DNA of 27,176 nt from an uncultured bacterium (GTDB lineage: Bacteria; UBA8481). The notes beneath the pieces are model-generated. The model saw nothing but the letters and a program-made list of their open reading frames with translations, did no database searches and was not told where the DNA came from. Within the stretch, counting starts at the first letter, position 1, and each line of letters starts with the position of its first letter. A program made the position numbers and the translations under genes. The stretch spans positions 62,001 to 89,176 of the forward strand of contig CAZCME010000017.1 in the NCBI GenBank assembly GCA_964499705.1, given 5' to 3'. Shown here in pieces: positions 7,911 to 14,950 of this stretch.

Positions 7911-8014
7911 GGCGGAGAGGAAACCATGCCGGACAAATTGCCGCACGATGCGAGCTGACTCCTCCTTCACGGCAACGCGCCGGCATGACGCGACTCCTCT
8001 CCGCCTTATTTATT
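7911..8014 (+). other. long three-segment stem-loop with a T-rich tail (terminator-like or structured RNA)
   Basis: GGCGGAGAGGA 7911-7921 pairs with TCCTCTCCGCC 7995-8005; CATGCCGG 7925-7932 with CCGGCATG 7980-7987; TTGCCG 7938-7943 with CGGCAA 7970-7975. Followed by TTATTTATT. Confidence 0.7.
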
Positions 8015-8121
8015 GCACTCGATGATCGTAAAGCCAGCTATCGCGAGGAGCTTCAAACGCGAGCATCAACGAGAAATAATGTTTCGAGCGTCCACGTATG
8101 GAAAAAAGGAGTATCCAACAC

Positions 8122-8955
8122 ATGACAAACTATAATCGAATTATCTCGCAGATTCTCGTCGCGAGTCTGGTCCTGTGCTCGGTCGAGTCACCGGTCTGCG
8201 CGGAGGTTTACAAAAGCATCACGTACCACACCGGCTATCCTGGCGTTCAGAAGGCCACCGGTCAGTTGGAAGTCACGAATGACATGATGCTCTTCTACTC
8301 CGGAACTCGCCCCCGCGAAGGCAGCTCGTCCTGGGGCAAGAGTGCCTTCACAGTCCGGCTTTCCAGCATCACGAACGTCGACTGGAATGAAGATGCGAAG
8401 CGAATGGTGGGCCCCGCGGTCGCGACCACTTTACTTCTGGGTCCGCTCGGCCTTTTATTTCTACTCGGCAAGAAGAAGTCAGACTACATCAAGGTCCAGT
8501 ATCAGGATCCGGCAGCGGGTCGGGCCGGCGAACTTTTGTTCCAAGGCCAGACGGGAATCGGCGCCAGCATCAAGGCCATGCTCGATATGAAGTCAGGCCT
8601 TTCGTCGCGACGGTCAGACACCGTGCTCTTAAGCGACACCGCCGTGGCCGCAACCTCTCCTATCGGCACTCCTTCGCGTCACGCATTTTGCGAGCGAGGA
8701 TATGAACGCCTCGGTGCGGGCGACGCCGAAGGAGCATTGAAGGAGTTCAAGAAGGCAAGCCTCGTCAACAATCGCGATACCGACGTTTTCCTCGGCATGG
8801 CAACGGCCCATGAAATCCTGGGTAACCGGGAATCTGCACTCTCGAATATCCGGCGCGTGCTCGAATTGGATCCGCAAAATAGTCAGGCCAATGAGCTGCT
8901 GGAAGCCATGGTTCCTGCCGAACCGGATCCCACAATCGCAGCGGAAAAACCATAA
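8122..8955 (+). CDS. exported protein with a beta-rich (PH-like) N-terminal domain and C-terminal TPR repeats
   Basis: AAGGAG Shine-Dalgarno before ATG 8122; signal peptide; hydrophobic segment AVATTLLLGPLGLLFLLG; TPR-like C-terminus (ALSNIRRVLELDPQNSQA). Confidence 0.75.
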   Translation: MTNYNRIISQILVASLVLCSVESPVCAEVYKSITYHTGYPGVQKATGQLEVTNDMMLFYSGTRPREGSSSWGKSAFTVRLSSITNVDWNEDAKRMVGPAVATTLLLGPLGLLFLLGKKKSDYIKVQYQDPAAGRAGELLFQGQTGIGASIKAMLDMKSGLSSRRSDTVLLSDTAVAATSPIGTPSRHAFCERGYERLGAGDAEGALKEFKKASLVNNRDTDVFLGMATAHEILGNRESALSNIRRVLELDPQNSQANELLEAMVPAEPDPTIAAEKP

Positions 8956-9045
8956 CCGCTCGACAACATTCGTAAGGCAAGGTTCTCATTTTTCCGGAAA
9001 GGTCATCTCAGCTTCTACCTCCCCTGGTAAAAGATTAAAGGGTTC

Positions 9046-9072
9046 TTTCGTGTGTTTCGTGTATTTCGTGGT
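9046..9072. repeat. three tandem 9-mers, TTTCGTGtr
   Basis: TTTCGTGTG TTTCGTGTA TTTCGTGGT in intergenic DNA. Confidence 0.8.
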
Positions 9073-9106
9073 TTATTCCTCGGGGATCAAACCTTTCGGC
9101 CGCCGC

Positions 9107-9135
9107 TTGCTGCACCATCGCCCGGAGCGTATAAT
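9107..9135 (+). promoter_or_regulatory. sigma70 promoter giving a leaderless transcript
   Basis: TTGCTG (9107-9112), 17 nt, TATAAT (9130-9135), 6 nt, ATG 9142. Confidence 0.7.
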
Positions 9136-9141
9136 ATTCCC

Positions 9142-9360
9142 ATGAACTCGCCGGTATATGGCTTCGATGACAGCGCTCCGCCCCATGGCGGCTCCGAAAC
9201 CGAACTGGGCGAGCACCTTATGATTCTTCGCGAGACACCCAGCGAGCTTGCTTGCTCGGTGCTTGAAGACGGCTTTCGGATGTGGCCATCACGCGTCAGA
9301 AAAATCATTTTCACAGACGATCCAGGAGCCCCTGTCATGGGAGCTGACGAGAATCTATAG
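9142..9360 (+). CDS. small acidic hypothetical protein (72 aa), probable partner of the downstream nucleotidyltransferase
   Basis: MNSPVYGFDDSAPPHGGSETELGEHLMILRETPSELACSVLEDGFRMW... begins directly after a consensus promoter and precedes the NTase gene. Confidence 0.6.
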   Translation: MNSPVYGFDDSAPPHGGSETELGEHLMILRETPSELACSVLEDGFRMWPSRVRKIIFTDDPGAPVMGADENL

Positions 9361-9400
9361 TGTCCCAGCACATCCATTTGGGGAGACCCGCCCTCCTGAC

Positions 9401-9964
9401 GTGGGGCATACCGCGCTTCATCCCGACTACGAAAAACTGCTTCGAAGACTCGACGATGACGGCGTTTCGTATGTTCTCATAGGAGCCATGGCTGTCTCGC
9501 TCGCAGATTCGCATCGCCTTACACGCGATATGGACGCCATCTGTCGTGACCTCCAGTCGATCGCTTGCACGCTTTATCAAGTGGGTTTCGTCATCGTTAG
9601 TCATCCAGTACGTACGGAGCCCGGTGCATTCGTCGTCTTTTCCACTGCGGATGCCGCCGTCGAGGCTTTGATAAATCACAGTAAACCACCCTTCAAATGT
9701 ATCCATTGCGAAAGCCGACGAGAATTGGACGTCTGGATCGCTTCGCCGGACGCTTCCAGAATTTCTCTGGAGGAGATCGAGGTTCACGCGGTGAATGCCG
9801 TACTCTCGGGAGTGCCCATCAAACGCGCGTGCGCGGAGCACCTGATCGTGATGAAGCAGATCGCGATCCGGGATAATCCAAGCCGCGCTCATACGGACGG
9901 ACCGGATATCGCGTTTCTGGAATCCTACCTGAAGGAGCACGGTCCCGAGATCGTCCATGCGTAA
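9401..9964 (+). CDS. Pol-beta-superfamily nucleotidyltransferase (AbiEii/DUF6036-like)
   Basis: YVLIGAMAV...HRLTRDMD (G..A / RxTxDxD), ELDVW, EHLIVMK, R..TD..DI..L motifs. The start at GTG 9401 is inferred; the reading frame is open back to 9248. Confidence 0.75.
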   Translation: MGHTALHPDYEKLLRRLDDDGVSYVLIGAMAVSLADSHRLTRDMDAICRDLQSIACTLYQVGFVIVSHPVRTEPGAFVVFSTADAAVEALINHSKPPFKCIHCESRRELDVWIASPDASRISLEEIEVHAVNAVLSGVPIKRACAEHLIVMKQIAIRDNPSRAHTDGPDIAFLESYLKEHGPEIVHA

Positions 9965-10031
9965 ACCCGTCCCATGCGCGACCGGCTGGATTCCACGCTT
10001 CTCCTGATTCCTTCGTTCGCTCTCCGCAACA

Positions 10032-10059
10032 TTGACTTTCCTCCGCCCCTCTTTATCGT
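10032..10059 (+). promoter_or_regulatory. sigma70 promoter for a leaderless pilT operon transcript
   Basis: TTGACT (10032-10037), 16 nt, TATCGT (10054-10059), 6 nt, ATG 10066. The upstream region is pyrimidine-rich with no Shine-Dalgarno. Confidence 0.65.
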
Positions 10060-10065
10060 GTCTCC

Positions 10066-11130
10066 ATGACCGATCCCTCTCCGGAGCTCCGCGAGATCCT
10101 GCAGCAGGCTGTGGCTCTGGAGGCGTCCGACATCCACATCAAGCCGGATGCGCCTCCGGCCGTCCGCGTCGCCGGGCGCATCCGTCGCCTCTCCGAAACG
10201 CCGCTCGCCCGGTCCGAAACCGAAGCGATGATCCGCTCGGTGTTGAACGAGGTCCAGGCAACGAGGTTCCTGAAGGAATGGGAGCTCGACTTCTCGCTCG
10301 ACATTCCGGGGCTGGCCCGGTACCGCGCCAACTGCCATTACGATCGCGGCGGCTGGTCCCTGGCGTTGCGGGCCCTGCGGACGAGGATCCCGCGCATCGA
10401 GGAGCTTGGACTGCCGCCGATCGTCGCGGAACTGGCCGTCATGCCGCGCGGCCTCATTCTCGTCACCGGTCCGACCGGATCCGGCAAGACGACGTCGCTG
10501 GCCGCGATGATCCGGATCATCAACGAGCATCACGCGGCGACGATCGTCACGATCGAGGATCCGATCGAATATCTCCAGTCCGATGTCCAGGCGTTCATCC
10601 GCCAGCGGGAGATCGGGCTCGACACGCGTTCTTTTCCCGAAGCCCTGAAGCGCGTGCTGCGCCAGGATCCGGAAGTGATCATCATCGGCGAGATGCGCGA
10701 CCTGGAGACGATCTCCACGGCGCTCACGGCGGCGGAGACGGGTCACCTCGTCATCGCCACGCTCCACACCAACTCCGCGGAGGCGACGATCAACCGGATC
10801 ATCGATGTCTATCCTCCGAATCAGCAGCATCAGATCCGGATCCAGCTTGCGGCAACCCTGCAGGCCGTTATCTCCCAGCAGCTTATCCCGCGCGCCGACG
10901 GCACCGGCGTCGTACTCGCGTTCGAGCTGCTGCTGGGCACATACGCCGTGAGACGCCTGATACGCGAGGAAAAGACCTATTCGATTTCCACATACATCCA
11001 GTCGGGCAAGGCGCATGGCATGATCACGATGGACTTCTCGCTCGCTCATCTCTACCGCGAAGGTTACATCTCGTTCGAGGAAGCGACGGCTCACGCGCTG
11101 GACCCGGAGGAATTCCGGAAGCTGGTATAG
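10066..11130 (+). CDS. pilT: type IV pilus retraction ATPase, PilT/PilU family
   Basis: ASDIHI, Walker A GPTGSGKTT, Asp box TIEDPIE, LRQDPEVIIIGEMRD (Walker B), His box ETGHLVIATLHT, AVRRLIRE (AIRNLIRE-like), GMITMD. Confidence 0.93.
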   Translation: MTDPSPELREILQQAVALEASDIHIKPDAPPAVRVAGRIRRLSETPLARSETEAMIRSVLNEVQATRFLKEWELDFSLDIPGLARYRANCHYDRGGWSLALRALRTRIPRIEELGLPPIVAELAVMPRGLILVTGPTGSGKTTSLAAMIRIINEHHAATIVTIEDPIEYLQSDVQAFIRQREIGLDTRSFPEALKRVLRQDPEVIIIGEMRDLETISTALTAAETGHLVIATLHTNSAEATINRIIDVYPPNQQHQIRIQLAATLQAVISQQLIPRADGTGVVLAFELLLGTYAVRRLIREEKTYSISTYIQSGKAHGMITMDFSLAHLYREGYISFEEATAHALDPEEFRKLV

Positions 11131-11133
11131 CTC

Positions 11134-11685
11134 GTGAACACTCCGCGTCTTGTCATCATGGGCTCCCTGGCGCTCCTCGTCGGGCTCGTTCTCTTCGCCT
11201 GGCTCTGGGGCTTCACCGGAGCCATCGCATGGATGATTCTCGTGGGCCTAGTCGGATGGAGTTTCAACAAGCTGCCGGAGCTTCTCTACGACCAGGTTCG
11301 CGCTTTGCCCCGCAGATCGCGCGTGGAAATCGAAGGCGCCCGGCGCCTCGCTCGGGACGGACGAGCTGAGGCGGGCGCGCGGCTGCTGGCGGATGCCGTG
11401 GAGAAAGACGAGCGGGACGAAACCCTGCGCGAAGCGTTCGCCGATTTTCTATGGGAGAAGATGCATAAGGGAACGGACGCCCTGAAGCAGTACGAGATTC
11501 TCGCGGTCTCCGAATCGGTGCGCATACGCTCGCGGGCGACACACCGGATGGCCGACATCCTCATAGCCGATAAAAGAATCGCGAATGCCGTGGAAAAGTT
11601 GAAGGCCTTCGCGGAGACCGCTTCGGGCACAAAGGAAGGAAGCCAGGCCTGGACGCGCGCCCGGCGAATCGGGAAGGAGGCATGA
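11134..11685 (+). CDS. membrane-anchored helical (TPR-like) hypothetical protein
   Basis: GTG 3 nt after the pilT stop. Two N-terminal hydrophobic segments followed by TPR-like helical repeats. The stop overlaps the next ATG (ATGA). Confidence 0.75.
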   Translation: MNTPRLVIMGSLALLVGLVLFAWLWGFTGAIAWMILVGLVGWSFNKLPELLYDQVRALPRRSRVEIEGARRLARDGRAEAGARLLADAVEKDERDETLREAFADFLWEKMHKGTDALKQYEILAVSESVRIRSRATHRMADILIADKRIANAVEKLKAFAETASGTKEGSQAWTRARRIGKEA

Positions 11686-13568
11686 CGCGCGTCGCCCTTG
11701 TGGTGATGCCCTTCGCGGCGGAAGACGGTCCCGCGCTCGGCGCTTCCCTTCTGCGCGCGGCGCTCATCCGGAATGGCGTCGAGTGCGAGCTCATGTATCT
11801 CAACCTGAAGTTCGCTTCCCTGCTGGGTCTGGCGAGATACCGGGCGATCGATTCGCTCCCCTCCCTTCTCCTCGGTGAATGGATCTTCGCGCCCTCCGTC
11901 TTCGGCGATGCTCTCCCGCCTGCCGATGAGTACGTGCGGGACATCCTCAAGGAGGATCCCCTCACGCTCGATGCGCTCCTCGCGCTCCGCCGGACGGCCG
12001 CGGACTTCCTCGTGGCGCATGCCGAGGAGGTCGACTGGAGCCGGTACGACGTCGTCGGTTTCTCATCCTCCTTCCAGCAGAATCTCGCTTCGGTCGCGCT
12101 CGCGCGCCTCATCAGGGAGCGCTTCCCGCGTATCCGCATGGTGATGGGCGGAGCCAACTGCGAGAGCGACATGGGGCTGGCAATCCTGGAACAATTTCCT
12201 CACCTGGATGCCGTCGCATCGGGCGAGAGCGACGAATCCTTTCCACGGCTGATCGCGGAATGGGCCGCGGATCGCGTTGGAACGGGCATTCCCGGCATCT
12301 CAGTCAGGACGCCCTCAGGCATCCGGGCGAATTCGACTCCGCGCCCGGTGACCGATCTCGACGCGCTTCCGATTCCGGATTTCCATGATTTCTACGAGCA
12401 GCTCCGCGAATCCGGCCTCGATATCCGTCCGTCGGCGACGCATCTGCGGATGGAAACGAGCCGTGGCTGCTGGTGGGGCGAGCGGGCGCATTGCACCTTC
12501 TGCGGCCTGAACGGCGGCACGATGGCTTTCCGCCGCAAATCCACGCCGCGTGTCCTCGCGGAGCTCGCCGAGCTATCCCGTTATCCGACTCGATCGGTTC
12601 TCGCGGCGGACAATATTCTCGACGAAAAGGGATACGAGAACCTGCTTCCGGAGCTCGTTCGCGGGAAGAACCGGATGCGACTCTTCTTCGAGATCAAATC
12701 CTCCGTGACGCGCGAGCAGGTTGCGCTGATGTCGGCCGCGGGAATCTGGCGAATCCAGCCGGGCATCGAGAGCCTCGGGACCGACGTCCTCGGCCGGATG
12801 CGAAAGGGAACGCGCGGCATCGACAATATCGCGCTCCTGAAATGGTCGACGCAGGAGGACATCGCCCTCACGTGGAACTGGCTGTGCGGATTTCCCGGTG
12901 AGCATCCGGAGGATCACGCCCGCATGGCGGCGCTTCTCCGGCAGCTCGCGCATCTCCAGCCGCCGACCGGCCTCTTCGAAGTCCAGGTCCACCGCTTCGC
13001 GCCGTTCCACACCGATCCGATCGGCCGCGGCATCGGTCCTATCCGCGCGGCACGACCCTATCGGCATATCTATGCGCTTCCGGACGATACGATCGAGCGG
13101 ATCGCGTATTATTTCGAGCGCTCCGAAGCCTTCCAGCCGCCCGAGACGATCCGTCAACTGGCCGATGCGATCACGTCCTGGCGGATGTCCGCCACCCGTG
13201 GAGACGAAATTCTCATCGCGCTCGATTCGCCGGACGCGACGCGCATCCGGGACGGCCGCTCCTGCAGATCGGCGGCGACTCACCTGCTGAAGGGATTCGA
13301 GCGCGACCTTCATCGCGCATGCGATGGAGCGCGGCGACCCGAGGAGATTGCCGAGGAGCTGAACTCCTCGACGGAGACGGTCCTGAAAGCGGCGGCCGGC
13401 CTTGAAGAACGCGGACTCCTGCTGGCCCTCGACGGCCGCCTGCTGGCCCTGGCCGTGAATGTCCCGCACGCGGAAGGCGATCCCGATCACCAGCTCGATG
13501 TCGAATCGGAAATCAGTCGGGCACGAGCGAAAGCCCTCTTCCAACGCGGGTCGGAGGGAATGCCATAA
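11682..13568 (+). CDS. cobalamin-dependent radical SAM C-methyltransferase, RiPP-maturation type (TIGR03975/PoyB-PoyC-like)
   Basis: N-terminal VVMPF...LG.S.L..AL; B12-binding region YDVVGFSSSFQQNLAS...MGGANCE; ETSRGCWWGERAHCTFCGLN (Cx7Cx2C); ADNILD; IQPGIESL; WNWLCGFPGE; HLQPP; HRFAPF; C-terminal winged-helix/RRE-like domain. Confidence 0.92.
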   Translation: MTRVALVVMPFAAEDGPALGASLLRAALIRNGVECELMYLNLKFASLLGLARYRAIDSLPSLLLGEWIFAPSVFGDALPPADEYVRDILKEDPLTLDALLALRRTAADFLVAHAEEVDWSRYDVVGFSSSFQQNLASVALARLIRERFPRIRMVMGGANCESDMGLAILEQFPHLDAVASGESDESFPRLIAEWAADRVGTGIPGISVRTPSGIRANSTPRPVTDLDALPIPDFHDFYEQLRESGLDIRPSATHLRMETSRGCWWGERAHCTFCGLNGGTMAFRRKSTPRVLAELAELSRYPTRSVLAADNILDEKGYENLLPELVRGKNRMRLFFEIKSSVTREQVALMSAAGIWRIQPGIESLGTDVLGRMRKGTRGIDNIALLKWSTQEDIALTWNWLCGFPGEHPEDHARMAALLRQLAHLQPPTGLFEVQVHRFAPFHTDPIGRGIGPIRAARPYRHIYALPDDTIERIAYYFERSEAFQPPETIRQLADAITSWRMSATRGDEILIALDSPDATRIRDGRSCRSAATHLLKGFERDLHRACDGARRPEEIAEELNSSTETVLKAAAGLEERGLLLALDGRLLALAVNVPHAEGDPDHQLDVESEISRARAKALFQRGSEGMP

Positions 13569-13600
13569 TGAGAATTGCTGATCCGAAAGGAGGGGTACTT

Positions 13601-14875
13601 GTGACCGGCGCGGGCGCATGGTATCGTTTCACCGTGATCGAAAGACCGCGATGTCGGAGCCCCTTGTCCTTCCGGACGCCGTTCCTCTCTCTTCTCCCGG
13701 CAGCGATCGCATTCATGATCCTGTCATCGCTCCATGCGGCGAGCGTTCACGCTCTGACCCCTTCGGACATCATGCGCAAAGTCGGGCCGGCCGTCGTCTG
13801 GATCAAGTCCAGCCGCAACGGCATCGACTTCACATCGCAGGGAAGCGGCTGCAACATCGATTCTCGCGGCATGATCATCACGAATCATCACGTGGTGCAG
13901 GGCGCGCGCGCGATCACGGTCCAGTTTCCGTCCGGCGAGCAGTATCGCGCCGTGGCGATGCTGCATGAAGATGAAGAGAAGGACATCGCGATCTTCAGGA
14001 TCAACGGTTTCGGATTGCCGGTCGCCGAGCTCGGGTCATCGAGCAACATCGAAGTGGGAGCGCCCGTCGTGGCGATCGGAACGCCCCGCGGGCTCGAGAA
14101 CACGATCTCCACGGGAATCCTGAGCGGGCGCCGCGTCTTCAACGGCACATCGCTGCTCCAGATCACGGCGCCGATCTCGGAAGGTTCAAGCGGAGGCCCG
14201 CTCTTCGACGATTCCGGCTGCATCGTCGGCATCACGACGGCGCTCATCGAACAGAGCCAGAACCTGAACTTCTGCGTCCCCATCAACTACGCGCGCGCGG
14301 CGCTGCCGTATCTCACCGAGCGACCGCTGGCGGCGAGCGCTCCTCTTCCCGAGCCGTCCGGCTCCCGCACTGCATCGTCGCGGAGAAAGAATTCCATGGG
14401 CGATGATGATCCCGATGCGGCGACGGTCTCGGATGAGTTTGTCCAACAGCCGGGAGAGACCATCGAGGATGCGACCGATCGGTTCGTGCGGCTGGCGCGA
14501 AAGTGGGATCTCGACTGCAATGCGCTCGACGACAAGACGAACGAATTCGTGATCCGCCGGCCGGGCTGCAACCTCGTCTCCCGTTTCTCGCTCTCGGACG
14601 AAGGAGGCCTGGATCGACTGATCATCAGGATCCAGGTGCGCAAGAAGCCGGAGTATGCCTATGCGGGTTCGATGGAATCCGAGGTGAGCGCCCTGAACGC
14701 GGGCTACAACATGGGCCGTTTCTGGGAGGATGAAAACCGGATCTATCTCGGCACATATTTCCCCTTCGTGGACCGCCTGCGACGTTCCGAATTCGAGGCG
14801 TTCATCGCGTGGTATGAAACCGCATGGATAGCGCTCGCCGGCCTCGAACCCGACCTCTTCGCCCTGCTGCAATAG
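13601..14875 (+). CDS. exported trypsin-like (S1C) serine protease without PDZ, with a YbjN-like C-terminal domain
   Basis: Catalytic triad motifs TNHHVV, KDIAIF, ISEGSSGGPL; signal-peptide-like hydrophobic stretch. The start is ambiguous among three in-frame codons: ATG 13568 (TAATG overlap), GTG 13601 (AAGGAGG 7 nt upstream), GTG 13634 (6 nt after TGgTATCGT). Confidence 0.85.
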   Translation: MTGAGAWYRFTVIERPRCRSPLSFRTPFLSLLPAAIAFMILSSLHAASVHALTPSDIMRKVGPAVVWIKSSRNGIDFTSQGSGCNIDSRGMIITNHHVVQGARAITVQFPSGEQYRAVAMLHEDEEKDIAIFRINGFGLPVAELGSSSNIEVGAPVVAIGTPRGLENTISTGILSGRRVFNGTSLLQITAPISEGSSGGPLFDDSGCIVGITTALIEQSQNLNFCVPINYARAALPYLTERPLAASAPLPEPSGSRTASSRRKNSMGDDDPDAATVSDEFVQQPGETIEDATDRFVRLARKWDLDCNALDDKTNEFVIRRPGCNLVSRFSLSDEGGLDRLIIRIQVRKKPEYAYAGSMESEVSALNAGYNMGRFWEDENRIYLGTYFPFVDRLRRSEFEAFIAWYETAWIALAGLEPDLFALLQ

Positions 14876-14903
14876 GAGCTTCCTAGCCTCACCCTAATCG
14901 GGC

Positions 14904-14931
14904 CGGAATTCGGATTTCAGAATTCCGAATT
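14904..14931. repeat. four tandem 7-mers, CgGAaTT
   Basis: CGGAATT CGGATTT CAGAATT CCGAATT in intergenic DNA. Confidence 0.7.
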
Positions 14932-14950
14932 CTATGTTCTAATACACTCC

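Noticed and set aside
9974-10069. 31-codon ORF MRDRLDSTLLLIPSFALRNIDFPPPLFIVSP ending in an ATGA overlap with pilT, considered as a RiPP precursor
   Set aside because: No Shine-Dalgarno or promoter, it runs through the predicted pilT promoter, and it has no leader/core pattern. An open frame of this length is expected by chance.
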